A DNA stretch of 64,000 nucleotides from Octopus vulgaris (Eukaryota): the NCBI GenBank assembly GCA_951406725.2, contig OX597840.1:36146001-36210000 (forward strand), in the 5' to 3' direction. Positions within the stretch are counted from its first letter, which is position 1, and every line of letters begins with the position of its first letter. The notes below the pieces were generated by a model. It saw only the letters and a list, made by a program, of their open reading frames with translations. It was not told the DNA's origin and made no database searches. The translations under genes and the position numbers were made by a program. Positions 41,301 through 54,951 of this stretch are shown here, piece by piece.

Positions 41301-41831
41301 AAATGAGAGTAAAAGAGTAAATAGCGACAAAAGTCCATAACCTGTTCGCTAGAGAGATAGCAGAAAATATCTCCTACAGTTACTTCCCTAACATCATATA
41401 ATACCTTTCATATTGTAATTTCTGTAATAGGTGTGTTCGTTTTACGCCTGCGAAAGGGGACACGAACAAGCGCACACCAACAGACACATCCAAGTAATCT
41501 GCTGGTACCTTTAACAAATAAGCATTGACTAACTCATCACTTACATTTCATTAAACCCCACAAATATATAAAGTAATAATGTTATCTAGTACTACTCTTC
41601 GGAAATAATCAAGTTTCTTTTTTGTTTTATGTAATATATATGCGTGTGTGTGTATATACACGTATATCTGTATGTGTATGTATGTATATGTATATATGTG
41701 TGCGTGTGTAAAGAGAGGGAGGAAGGGAACATCCTATCAGTCTTTCCATCTATACTTACACAAGTTACGAAATATCACTGGGGTAATTTTCGCCATGTCA
41801 AAGTAAATAAATCGAAAAGTAATTAACTTAC

Positions 41832-41975
41832 CTTCGTATATTGATTGAAGAAATTAATTTTCTTTTCCGTTAAATAAATTTTAAAACAAAAAACTTTTTC
41901 CGTTCAATTTTTCCGGCGTCTTCGAACATGGCGCTTCGATTAATTATTGATTGCAATTTGCTACGTCACATTACT
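41832..41975 (-). promoter_or_regulatory. Candidate promoter and non-coding first exon of a minus-strand transcript
   Basis: Perfect donor AAG|GTAAGT (GT at 41831-41830). Local CpG enrichment, YY1-like AACATGGCG at 41925-41933, CRE-like TACGTCA at ~41962. Non-repetitive sequence. Confidence 0.5.
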
Positions 41976-42599
41976 TTCGCATTCGTATCATACGAAATAA
42001 CTGAATTAAGATTAATCAATAGGGAATAAAATCAGCAGAAAATACTTTAAAATGTTTTTTATTAAACTTTATTGAAACTTGAATTATATTCGCTGTGTAA
42101 TCCGCTAATCATTACTGTCTTAATTGTAGAGTCGTTGTTTCGTATTAGGCAGAATACATATATCAACGTCATTTTCGTACCCTATACAAAATATGATTTA
42201 TATATTTTTATGTATTATTCTCTATTGTAGAAATAAACTATTGATAGGATATTATAATTCATAACATTCTTTCCTAATGAACTAAAATTTAACCAAACAG
42301 ACATATGATCAAAGGAATTTTGTAGCAAAATTACGGTATTGTGCTCACATTATAAACACAACAACTATTGACTCCTTAAATCTCTGGATTATATATATAT
42401 AATTGTATCTTTTTGTATACGCACATACTACAATGAGGAAGGCGGGAACAGTTAACAACAAAGATTAATTGATAAATATCACTTGAAACAAAACAACTGA
42501 AGAATACACTGATAGGGTTAAAGGTTTTTAGTTATCAGCTCCAGTATTTATTTGTTTGGTACGTATATTTATTTCTGTTTATCAAACTGTTGAGTTACA

Positions 42600-42663
<64 letters not shown>

Positions 42664-43178
42664 ATGTGTGTATATACATATAAACACAAAAACCTTGGGC
42701 TTATGTTTTCTACTATATCCTAATGCTTACCAAAGCCTTGTGAGTGAATTTGATAGATGGAAACTAAAAGGAGCCTACACGTTGACTATTGGCCATTTCT
42801 TTTTTTGTATTCTTCCGCCTTTTTCTTTTGGACTTTCCCACTCTTTCCTTCTCTGAGCACCTTGTTAAAACCTCGCCTGTACCACGTCATTGCATTGTTG
42901 CATTTTTCTTCCGTTTCTTTTTTTTTTTATTAACTATATGTGTGTCTGTATGTGCCCCCCACCATCACCTGACAACTAGTGTTGGTGTGTTTATATCCCC
43001 GTAGCTTAATAGTTTGGCAAAAAGTGCCTTAAAAAGAAAATAAGTCCTGGCGTTGATTAGTTTGACAAAAATTCCTCAAGGTGCTGTTCCAAAAAGGCTA
43101 CAGTCTAATGGAGTGAAACAAGTAAGATAAAAGTTATATTATAGTTATGTAGGTTATATATTATGTGTAGGACATACC

Positions 43179-43856
43179 TACAAAACTGTGCCCACCACCA
43201 ACTTTCTTTCCTCATAGCTTCCAATAAAATCGATATTTGTCATTGAAATTTTCAACAAATATGTTTCAGGCTGTTTGATTGGATTTTGTTATAAAAACTA
43301 TTTTTTCCAAGGGTGAGAAGTTTTGGAAAATTCACATGAGTCAGCTTTTCTTCCTCATAACTTACAGAAAAATGGGTGTTTTTAATGAAAATTTATACAA
43401 ATACATTTCAGATAGTGTAGATTATGCTTACATCAAATTTTAACGTGAAAAATAAAATTGCTGGGCAAGTACACATACATTTGAATATTTGTTAGAAATT
43501 TCAAGTTACATTTTGTAGATGTGTAATGTGTGTCAATATGATTGCCTGCGAGTCCACCTTTTCATTTTAAATTCTTATATAATAGTTAATTGTAATCTAC
43601 ACTATGTGGAAGGAAATTTGTAGAAAATTTCATTCAACAATACTCATTTTTCTGAAAGTTATGAGGAATATTGTCTTGTGTGAATTTTACGAAACTCCTC
43701 TCCTCACCTTCAGAAATAATTTTTTTCACATCAAATTCTGATATAATGATAATCTAAAGCATCTGAAGTGTATTTGCTGAAAATGTGGTTAAAAGAATAT
43801 CCATTGTTCTATAAGTTATCAGGAGACAAAGTTGGGGGAGGGGACACAGTTTTGTA
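43179..43856. mobile_element. Foldback MITE with long imperfect TIRs and TA ends (Tc1/mariner-like)
   Basis: tacaaaactgtg at 43179 and cacagttttgta ending at 43856. Inner arms 43352-43425 and 43591-43668 are also reverse complements. Confidence 0.8.
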
Positions 43857-43903
43857 GTTTAGGCTGATTGTAGCTCGTAACAGATGAAGTTGTCAGAATT
43901 TTG

Positions 43904-44070
43904 TTAACACTTGATAAATGGTTGTGGAAGTCCTTCTTCATTGTTGACAATCTTTTCACATTCCATAATAAAATCGTATGTGATTCTGTCACTGACAAAA
44001 GAATCATTCTTGTACTCTTCATGATTTGTAACAAATTGCCTTGTCCATTGGGCCATTGTCATTATCTTTC
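43904..44070 (-). CDS. GCLC: GCLC-like terminal exon: (G)KIMTMAQWTRQFVTNHEEYKNDSFVSDRITYDFIMECEKIVNNEEGLPQPFIKC*
   Basis: Matches [26 protein letters not shown]. Acceptor ttttatag, TAA stop at 43904-43906. Confidence 0.92.
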
Positions 44071-44452
44071 CTATAAAATAAATGAAAATAAAAATTGGCT
44101 TATTTTCCGCTGTATTTTGTAACAATATCCTATCCCCATGATCTATGGCACAAATAGAAAAACACTTATCTGTTTCTTTTCTTCATTAATGTTAGCTGTG
44201 ATAATTGTTTTGAAAATCTTGTTTAAAACCAAACTATGGTAGAATGATTTAACCGCAGGACATAATTTGGAAGGAATACTATTCACACATGGTCTTTCAT
44301 ATAAGTGTTTAGAGTGTGATGATTTATTAATAATAGGGGTTACAGGGATAAAATACAGATTCACATTGTATTTTATAATTGAAAAAGAAACTAACACATA
44401 AATGTTGTATATTTAAAATAACATTACTCTTGAGGAAAATGAATAATCTCAC

Positions 44453-44570
44453 CTGCAGCTTTGTCTGAGATGTATTTCAGGTATTGCATTATTTTAGGTC
44501 TTTTGCTGAAATCGTAGTCAATATAATCAAGATATTTGTGGATGAGAGGAATTAAACCAGGGAAATCATC
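44453..44570 (-). CDS. GCLC: GCLC-like exon: DDFPGLIPLIHKYLDYIDYDFSKRPKIMQYLKYISDKAA(G)
   Basis: Matches FPGLIPILNSYL...YLKLIKKRASG. Acceptor caacag, donor gtgaga, 118 nt, phase 0/1. Confidence 0.92.
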
Positions 44571-45073
44571 CTGTTGATAATAGAATCAAAATAATTGAAA
44601 ATAGTTTCAGATTTCTATCCCATAGATTAGAAATTGATTGAGGTATTGACCAGATAGTTATTGATATTTTAGTGGTAAAAGAATGGAGAAAGATATGAAA
44701 AGAATTTCAATATCCTTCTTATAATAAAAATCATATATATGTGTGCTCATATGACATGACACTATTCATACACAAAAGTATGAACATAGACAAACTAAAC
44801 ATCAGTAGTCAATGTATATAGAGGCAGCATAATTCAATACTCTGTATAAATACACACATAAACTGAATTAGCAGATATGTACTATTTTAACGCACAAACA
44901 GGTTAAATGATTTTTAAGTTTGACTTTGTTCAGTATCTATGCAGGAGTAATTAGAACCACAATTTTGTTTTTTAAATATTGTTCCAGATAATTTTTGTTT
45001 GTGAATAACGTTATTTATGTTTGTATTCTAAATTAATAAAAATTGTTTTCAATTTTTTAAAAATATATTTTAC

Positions 45074-45138
45074 CTTTCCATTCATGATTTCATTTAAAGT
45101 CATCAAACTGTAAATATCCTGAGTTAGTTCAGAAGATT
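45074..45138 (-). CDS. GCLC: GCLC-like exon: (E)SSELTQDIYSLMTLNEIMNGK
   Basis: Matches EEYTLMSIDTIINGK. Acceptor cacttag, donor gtaaaa, 65 nt, phase 1/0, which fits both neighbouring exons. Confidence 0.87.
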
Positions 45139-46387
45139 CTAAGTGACAGGAAATAAAACAATTATAGATTTAGTACAATAAATATATGTGCTATATAGTG
45201 TGACAGGCAAACTGCTTGCTATGATTATGATGCAAAAACTCATAACTTAGATCATGTATTAATTTCATCTCTACAGATTTTTTCTATAGATGACCTTAAC
45301 ACACAATTTAAGTACACTGCTAACACAGTAGTACATGGTACTGACTTATAAAAACGTTTATTCTTCATAGCATATTATGGTTGCATTACAAAATACTGTG
45401 TGCCTACAAGTCATTAATCATAATTTAAAATGTTTAAACAGGGTGTGACAGAGAAGCCCAAAATATTGAATGCAAGGTAAGTTTGCTTTAATTCATATAT
45501 TTGTTGTCTTGTAATTTGCCTTGCGTTTACGTCGCATTGTTCTGGCCTTAATCACGATCCTTTATACAATAATGATTCATAGTAATTATTCCATTATATA
45601 TATATATAAATTAAATTAGAGATAAAACTACTATTAGGCAACTGAAGCAGTGGTAGACATAAACCAATACATAAATAACAAAAAATATAAATATAATTAA
45701 TATATAATATATAATATATATATAAAATCTAAAATTTAGAATTTAATTTTTTTAATTTTTTAAATTACAACCACTCCCACACACCCTACCTATACCACCA
45801 CCCTCAGCCTAAACCACACCCCACTCTTGCCTTCCCCACATCCCAACACCATCACACCACATCACACCACACACCACCACATCACATCACAATGCACACA
45901 CTAGCACTTAAAACTTACCAGACCCACACCATTATCCACAGACCTGCACATACACACACGTTCATGTCAGTGCCCCCACCCCTCTTCCAAATGCACATAC
46001 ATGCTCTGTTATACAAATGCATGCACACCTTCGGTTTGGGATCACCACTACTTTATTATCTCCATTTCTTACAAGCTCTCCTATGTGACCCCTCTGTCTG
46101 GCATTTGCCATGATAGATTACTAGCCACTACATTTTCTCTCCTTATTTCTTTCTGTATTCCTTTCTGTGGAAGAGTATAGGCTCAAAACATTAAAGAGTT
46201 TTTCACTTTCCGAGCATTAAACTAATACATATATTTTGTGAATTTTCCCTATATATACACATGCATGGCTTTGTGGTAGGGAAGTTTGCATTCCAATCAA
46301 TATATATTTACTAACCAATCAATATTTAATTAAAGTAAAATTTTATTTATTGTAATTCTGAAAATTTCCAATAAATATAGCTCTTAC

Positions 46388-46469
46388 CTTTTTGAACATC
46401 TTTTCTGAAATGAAATTTCTCTTTATTAATGGCATCTGGCTTTTGTGCTGGTAGGAAGTTTTCATCAAC
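46388..46469 (-). CDS. GCLC: GCLC-like exon: VDENFLPAQKPDAINKEKFHFRKDVQK(E)
   Basis: Matches VDENMKVAQKRDAV...FYFRKDI. Acceptor aag, donor gtaaga, 82 nt, phase 0/1. Confidence 0.9.
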
Positions 46470-47469
46470 CTTACAGAGGGTGAAATGATATGGTAAATAT
46501 GTATAAAATGGGATTGATAATTACCTAATGGTGTGTTGAGTTCTTGAGCAAGACATTTTATTTCATGTTGCTTGAGTGCACTCAACTAGAAAAAGTACAT
46601 TGTATCTGTATTTCAAATGGCCATTGTTGCCACATTCTGTGTCACACTAGATCTCCCTGAGAACTACATTAAGGTATTTCCCTGGAATGCTCAGCCACTT
46701 GCATATTGATTTCATGAGTAGGGGGTCTCATTGATCAGATCGACTGGAACAATTGTTATAATAGACTGAGCGACAGAAACATCTTGGCCAACTTAATAAT
46801 TTAATGTAATGATTAACAAAACACATAATGGTTTTGATACACATTTTAAAAATCCTTTGATGACAGTGCACCAGCATGGGCACCTATGATTGGCTGGAAC
46901 TTGTATAGGAGCAAAAAAATAAGTGTTCCCAACAGGAATTTAAATTAATTGAAACAGTGTTGACTTTAAAATTAATTTCATTTATGTTTTGTAATTAAAG
47001 ATGATGCTTGGAGCTGTCCACCTCTTGGTATTAATTCTGCACCTGTCATTGATATATATATATATATTATTGAGGTAGCTGGCTAATCATGACACAAGTG
47101 TCTGCTCTGGCATTGTCAGTCTATATATCACTGGTGGGGAGATGAATCACTGCTATCTCTAGTGTTTAAGTATCCATCAGTGACAAGACCAAAGTTGAAA
47201 TCACATGATCTGAGGTCACAGCACTAGAGGTAGTGGGGATTTATCTTCCTGCTACCAATATTAACAAAAGTGCATTTGGCACCAAAATGCCAATGAGTGT
47301 TTCTCTTATGATAATTACCACAGTATAGTTTGTCGTAAAAGAACATACACATTTTAGGGTGAATAAAATCCAATGAGTTGAGACCTAATGACAGAATATC
47401 TATCATAGCTCTCATATCTATAGTTAGATCAAAGAGTTTAATGTTTATTTTAGAGAAGTCGATATTTAC

Positions 47470-47574
47470 CTTTGTTATCGGGATCAAAAGGTTCAGTTTG
47501 AAAATAACTATAGTACGTGTAAGAAGAAGCATGAATACAACAAAGGCTGCATTTTCAAAATCAGTCAGCTGAAC
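47470..47574 (-). CDS. GCLC: GCLC-like exon: VQLTDFENAAFVVFMLLLTRTIVIFKLNLLIPITK
   Basis: Strong match to VQLTDFENSAYVVFVVLLTRVI. Acceptor ttacag, donor gtaaat, 105 nt, phase 0/0. Confidence 0.95.
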
Positions 47575-47639
47575 CTGTAAGTATATTAAAATAATTAGTA
47601 ATGGCATTGTCATACAATCATCAATTTTTCTAAAGTCCT

Positions 47640-49470
47640 ATGGTTATAGAGGCGTGGTTGGAGGCATACAGTTACAAATCTGCACATAATGTAGCAGGAT
47701 TCTTATCTTGACATCACTAACATGTTTTCATGGACAGGAACTGTTTTTGGTGGAGAATCCTGTGTCTGAGGAGCCCTTATAAAGAGAACAACGTTCACCT
47801 GGATATACTGGGAAAGTGTTAGAAAAGGTGCAATAAAAATTGTCTGTCCTTTCTCTGCTGGGTAGTTTACTGCAGCAAACAGTGGTTCAATTTAGCAGGA
47901 ATGAACAATGAATTGGTATAAACAACGATAACAAGTATAAAAGGAATAAGGTTTCTCTTAACCTGGCCTGTTGAAATGTGAAAACCCTTTTAGATCGAGC
48001 AAGTAGGTCTGAAAGAAGAAAAGCTCTAGTAACTAAAGAACTAAGGCTTCTTAATGTTGATAAGCAGCTCTTTCTGAAAAAGGATTTTCAGATGAAGATC
48101 ATCCTGTCGAAAGAGTGGCAGGTTTTACATTGTGCTGAATTGGGAAGCCAAAGGGAGAGAAAAGGGAAGGTGGTGTTGGGTTTGCAATTAGAAGTGATTT
48201 GCTAAAAGACTTAGAACGACCACAAAAACATAAATAAGCACACAATGAAACTCCAGATCCCTCTTTCTTGTGGACATTTTGTAACTGTTTCTCTATTTAT
48301 GCCCCTACACTTTCAGCTAATGAGAAAAATATCCATGCATTTTATGAGGAGCTTACAAAATGTATTCCGTCAATGCCTTTGAGAAGCTGGTTGTACTGGG
48401 TGACTTTCATGCATATGTTGATAGAGACTAAGGTGCCTGTAATATACTTGGGCATTACAGAATAGGAAAGGTGAACAACAATGGGTTGCATCTGCTATAA
48501 ATGTTCTCTGAGATAGAGTTGATTGTTGGGAATGCTCTCATCATAAAATGAAACATGGATTTCCCCAAGATCAAAGCAAGGTCACATGATTGAGTTTGTA
48601 TTAACTTGGAAAGGTGACTTACAAGATTTGTGCAGACGCAGAATAGTGCGAGGTGCTGATTGTGATACTAAACACCAAATGGTTAGGGCAAAGTTCAAGT
48701 TCAGTGTCTGCAAGAAAATTCATTTTGTAGGTATACAAGTACCAAAGAAAATTGATGTAGAGCAGCTAAAACGACCACAAGTTTTGCAGTTATTTCAAAA
48801 GAGATGTACCAATATTCATTTTGAAGGTTCATGACAATCTTTCCAGAATGAAATATATAAAATGGGTTCAGAAGTGTTAAGTTTTAAGATGATACAGTGA
48901 TAAATGAGCTTTTAGCAACAAAGAAGTCCACTCATGAAAAGCTTCTTAACCCAAATATTAAGAACACAGTACAGCTAGAAAAGTTGTACAAGTCTCAAAA
49001 AGAAGAATTTCAAAAATAACTCAGGAGGCTTAAAGACACTTGGAGAAAATTGTCAGAGGAAGTACAGGCAGCCTATGATAGGAAGGACATTAAAAGTTTC
49101 TATAGTTTATTGTGGCAAGCATTTGGACTCCAATTTTCATCAGATGTTCCCTTGAAGTCAGAAGATGGAAATGATCCTCCTGGAATAATGAATAGATGGA
49201 GAGAACACTTTGCAGATCTTTTCCACAATATGTCTATAGTGAACATGGATATCGTAAACATGCCACAAAGAGAGATAATGCAACACATGAATGATACACC
49301 TTCCACTGGAGAAGTAAATTTGGCATTATGTATATTAAGATCAGTTGTAGCTCATGGATTGGATGGTATTCCAGTTGAAATTCTGAAAGCAGGCGGGGAT
49401 CATATTTCATCTGAAATCCATAGCCTGATAACTCAAGTTTGGAATGAATCGTCTGAATAACATGCAAACA
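47640..49470 (+). mobile_element. Decayed RTE LINE (endonuclease and RT N-terminus) in a GCLC intron, antisense to the gene
   Basis: LAC*NVKTLLDRASRSERRKALV, SIYAPTL, RGADCDTKHQMV, RWREHF, GLDGIPVEILKAGG. Confidence 0.82.
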
Positions 49471-49479
49471 GGATTGACT

Positions 49480-49830
49480 GGTCAAGGAAGAACTGTAATC
49501 TCTGAATCAACATCAGTGCGTAACCTGGGCATTGACGTGAGCAGTGAGGCTTCTTTTCAAGTGCATATTACCAATTTGGTAATGTGCTCCCTAATACACT
49601 CAGCACACAATACTCCCAACTATGATCAACACAAAATTAATGGTGAAACTCGAAGCTATCCAATGAAGCTACACAAAGAAAATCATCTCAATGTGCCACA
49701 TCAGCTACTAGGAAAGACTGAAAGAATTAAAATTCTTCTCCCTAGAACAAAGGCGATAAATTTATGGAAAGTCCCGGAAGGCCTTTTACCAAGCTTTGGC
49801 ATTGAAAGTTACACAAACAGCATTTACACA
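49480..49830 (+). mobile_element. CR1-like RT C-terminal fragment; related piece at ~59075-59350
   Basis: SVRNLGI, WKV.EGL.P.FGI. The second piece gives GSQLFNILPKSLRN...FKSKLD. Confidence 0.6.
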
Positions 49831-50169
49831 AATTATTTGGCTTGTTTGCCTGATTTATGTTGGTCTACTACGTTTTTCAGTGAGATGGTGGCTTGTTTGA
49901 GGATTGTAACTCTTATTTCTAGCAAGCTGGTACTTCGTGTACTCTCTATTATAATTATAATTATAAAATTTTAGTGATTAGCCATATAACAGAATTATTG
50001 CTTGCTGGCCACTAATATTATTATTTTAATTTTTATTTATTTATATATTTACTACTAATAATAATGATAATAATAATAATAGTAATAATAATAATAAGCA
50101 GTTCTGGTTTTTATTAACAGTTTCAATGTGTTGAACTGGAATATGAGTGAAATAAGGCAGATTGACCGG

Positions 50170-51275
50170 TACATTTATAACATACTGACTTGAAATAAGA
50201 TGCACCAACAAAAGGCAGACGTATATCATCTTTACCTACCCAGAGCTCAAGGAGGTTGAGGTTTGATCTAATCTGAAATCTTCTACAAAACCACAATAAT
50301 TGGACTGGCTAAATAGCTTGAAACATCTAACAACTGGATGCTAAAGCTTGTTGAAAACCATGAAAGACATAAGCTTCATTCTGTTATGAAGAAGAGCAAA
50401 ATATTTTCAAGTGAGTTTATGATTAAGCATGATGGAAGTGCAGCAACTGTAGTTGCAAAGAAGGTGAAATCAATATCAAAACAAAATGCATTTGAACAAT
50501 TGGCTGATAGATGGAAACAAAAACCCCTGCATGGCAAATATATGACTCGAAGCAACAAGCTAATGTAGACCAGAAGCACACCCATCAGTGACTATGGAGC
50601 TCAGGGCTAAAGGCAGAGAGTGAAGGATTTATCTTGGTTGCCAAGATCAGAGCTTATTGACCCGGAACTACTAAGGCAATGGGATGAATAATGGTGTAGA
50701 GCCAAAGTGCTGTTAATGCAATGATGAGATTGAAAAAGTTGACCACCTAATCTCCACATGTAAGGTTTTTAGCACCTGTAGAGTACAAATCAAGACATGA
50801 CAGAGTTAGCCAATATCTACATTGGATGATATGTCGGCATTATAGAATGAAAACTGCTGACAAATGGTACAAGCACCACCCTGAGGCTGTAAATGAGGGA
50901 GAAAATGTAAGTATTCATTGGGAATTATCAGTGTGTACAGACCGGACCATCAAAACAAACAAACCAGATATTGTTGTGAAAGACCAATACAATAAAGCCT
51001 GTTTATTGATTGATATGAGCATACCTTGTGACCATAATATCTCGGAAAAAGAATTTGCTAAGCTCAGAAAATATAAAGATTTGCTAATTGAAATCGACAA
51101 AAAATGTGGCACCTCAAAATGGTTACAATACCAGTAATTGTAGGAGCACTTGGAATGATCAAAAAAGAAACTGAAAATTATTTAAGAATGGTGTCTGGCA
51201 TACCATCCATGTAGGAAATGCAAAGGATTGCCATAACTGGTATGTCACATGCTAAAAAGAGCATTGTTGCTGCAA
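50170..51275 (+). mobile_element. R4/Dong-like non-LTR element fragment with a restriction-like endonuclease
   Basis: WKQKPLHGKY, decayed zinc knuckle, YKSRHDRV...LHWMIC, NKPDIVV...LIDMSIP...KY.DL..EI, PVIVGALG. Preceded by a (TAA)n-rich tract. Confidence 0.82.
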
Positions 51276-51508
51276 ATTTTCTTTGTTCACTTTTTTACTT
51301 TTTATTTTTGCTCTCTTTCTTTCCCATTTCTCTATCACATGACTTTCTAAATGGATAATTTGGTGTGTTTATTTTAATGGCCTACCAACATATGAAGTAC
51401 GATTTTCTGCCCTAGGTGTCAGGAAGTTACTATCAAGAAATGGAAACAGAACTGAAAGAAGATAATATCTGTATGAATAATCAATTGAATATTTACTCAT
51501 TTGTATAC

Positions 51509-51555
<47 letters not shown>

Positions 51556-51647
51556 AAATAATTGTCACATATTATTTTACAGATAATCTCCTCTATTTAC
51601 ATAATATTGAGGTCTCTTTCTTTCTTTTGTTATCTTACCATTTTTAT

Positions 51648-51686
<39 letters not shown>

Positions 51687-51689
<3 letters not shown>

Positions 51690-53205
51690 TCATCATCATC
51701 ATCGTTTAACGTCCGCTTTCCATGCTAGCATTGGTTGGACGATTTTGACTGAGGGATGGGGAACCAGATGGTTGCACCAGTCTCCAATCTTGATTTGGCA
51801 GAGTTTCTACAGCTGGATGCCCTTCCTAATGCCAACCACTCCGAGAGTGTAGTGGGTGCTTTTTACATGCCACCGGCACGGGGGCCAGTCAGGCGGTACT
51901 GACAAAGACCTCGCTCAAATCCTTTTACACATGCCACCAGCACAGGTGCCAGTAAGGCGACGTTGGTAACGATCATGCTCGAATGGTGTCTTTTACGTGC
52001 TGCTGGTGGCATGGAAGCCAGTTGGCTGCTCTGGCAACGATCACACTCGGATGGTGCTCTTGGCACTCTACTAGCACGGGCACAAGTGCCAGTAAGGCGA
52101 TGCTGGTAATGATCACACTCGATTGCTGCCATTTAAATGCCACTGGCACAGAAGCTGGTTAACCGCTCTGTCAATGATCACGCTTGTATAGTGCTATTTG
52201 CACCCTGCCAGCGTGGACGCCAGTAATCGAATTTGATTTTGATTTTGCTTTTGATTGATTTAATTTGATTTCACTTGCCTTAACAGGTCTTCGCAAGCAG
52301 ATTTTTAGTGACCAAAGAAGCAATAGGTTACATACAAGTGGGTTGGTTACGCCCCTAGCATAGGCCATAAGATTATGGTTTCATTTGGCTTGCCTGGTCT
52401 TCTTATGCACGGCATATTTCCAAAGATCTCAGTCACTAGTCATTTCCTTGGTGAGGCCTTAGGTTTGAAGGTCATGCTTCACCACTTCATCCCAGGTCTT
52501 CCTGGGTCTACCTCTTCCACAGGTTCCCTCAACCGCTAGGGTATGGCAATTTTTCACACAGGTGTCCTCATCCATTCTCGCCACATGACTATACCAGCGC
52601 AATCGTCTCTCTTGCACACCACATCTGATGCTTCTTAGTCCAACTTTTCTCTCAAGGTACTTACACTCAGTCGAGTATGCACACTGACATTACACATCCA
52701 TCGGATCATACTGGCTTCATTCCTTGCGAGCTTACACATGTCCTCAGCAGTCACAGCCCATGTTTCACTGCCATGTAGCATGGCTGTTCGTACACAAGTG
52801 TCATACAGTCTACCTTTTACTATGAGCGAAAGGCTCTTTGTCGCCAGCAAAGGTAAGAGCTCTTTGAACTTTGCCCAAGCTCTTCTTATTCTAGCAGCTA
52901 CACTTTCAGTGCACCCACCTCCGCTACTGACTTGGTCACCTAGGTAACGGAAGCTATCAACTACTTCTAGTTTTTCTCCCTGGAATGTGGTAGAAGTTGG
53001 TTTCTGCGCATTTTCAGTGTTTATTACTCCTGAGCATCTCCCACATAAAAAAACTATCTTCCCATTTAGCCTTCCTTTGATATTACTGCACTTCTTATGT
53101 GTCCATAGCTTACACTGGGTACATCTTATAGAGTTTCTACCTAAGCCTCTACTACAGATTGAGCAGGGCCATCTACCTGAAGGGAGTTGTGGTTTGTCTC
53201 CCTTC
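51687..53205 (-). mobile_element. RTE LINE 3' part, same family as 2678-4281
   Basis: AMLHGSETW, RLRWY, GRPRKTW, Cys-rich insert, tandem-repeat 3' UTR and (ATG)n tail. Confidence 0.88.
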
Positions 53206-53227
53206 TACATATTAGGACTCTGGTTCC

Positions 53228-53277
<50 letters not shown>

Positions 53278-54951
53278 TTATGATCTAAAAAATGATGCAG
53301 AAGAATACCAAAGGGAAAAACAGAAAATCTATGTACTAGATGTGGGACATGCGTTTTTTTTGTCATTTATCTTCAAATACATCATGACAGTTTCACATCT
53401 TTAACTATAATATTGTTTATTTTAGTGGTGCCAACAGCAAAAGATTGCAAAGAATAATGAGGGAACTTAGAGAACAGTGACAAACACAAACTCGACACAG
53501 GTAGTTGGTATGAATGTAAATATTCAAACAAAATAGAAGTCATACAGCTCAGAGGCATACATATATACATACACAAACACACACAAACATACATACATAC
53601 ATACATACATACATACATAGGTGATAATATAAGTATATATGCAGAGAATTTAATGTATAGGCTGACAGTACATTTATATTGGCAGTGTAGCAATATCGTT
53701 CTCTCATTGCTATCTTCACTGTTTGAGAAGAGTATTAAGAATAATCTCATTCGAGATTACAAACATCTTCGGCTAGTTCAACATTGTTGTAAACACTAAT
53801 TCAATTGGCTGACAGGTGGTCTCTACTACGTTCGCACTGCTGGTTATCACGTGACGTGATTTGCCTCCGCTTATTTTCGCGCCATAGTTCCAAGCAGCCA
53901 ATCACAGCTTTCCATTTCTAAAGTTCGTTGGGAGCCACAAAAAGCTTATAAAACAAGGGTTCTCAGACAAGTATTCGTCTTAGGTTTCAAGTCATTCTCA
54001 GGGCTAACCTCTGACCACACAGAGCATACTCGACCATGTTCCAGTTTCGAAAGGCAGGCGACTACCATTAATACAAGATGTTACAGATACCTCTCATACT
54101 GTTAATGTGAAAATATCACCACGAAAAGAACGGTTACAGGATATCTATAACTAGAAAAAAATAACCAAGCAGAATATATAATGAAGACGCAGCGAAAACC
54201 AAGCGACAGACACAAATCATCGCCAAACATCAAAGATTTAATTTGTACACAAGACAACTACAGATTCAGCTATAGCGGTTAGGTGAAAATCTCACCATGG
54301 AAAAAACGGCTACAGTTAACACATCTGGAAGTATATTCATATCAAGAGAAAGATAAACACAACGAGTGATTCAATTAATCTCAACTACGAGACGCAACAT
54401 CTTGATATGAAACTCTTACACTGTACCTCATAAACGGTAAATCAATTGTCTGTTCTTGGGTTCTAGTTCTTCTAAGAACCACCTTAAGCCATCTGTTACT
54501 ACCTGTTGCCAGGCTTATACCAACAACATGAACTGTGAACCAAATTCCATCGTCATTTCACTGGTCAGTACCTTTTACGCCTCACGAACACACAGACACA
54601 AAAACATGCTAACACTTACAAACTTCCAACATCAAGCATGATTGTAAAATATGTAAAATAAATAATGTATATATCTCAAAAAGAAATCTTGTTGTCATTC
54701 CACTTATGTGTTTTGCCGCTGCATGTATTATATGGTCAGTAAATAAATCATTAAGAATGGGATCGCATGCGACTGTGTCTCTTATACGATACGACCGTAT
54801 GTGATCCTTTTAATATAAAGGCTGAAACATTAGCATTTGTGGGCAGATTTGGTCATAGAGGAGAAAATCTCTTCTCATGACTACACCTGAACCTGTGCAT
54901 GATCAAACACAGAAGTCTCTGTTACATAGACAGTTTCTGGTATGGTGTTAC

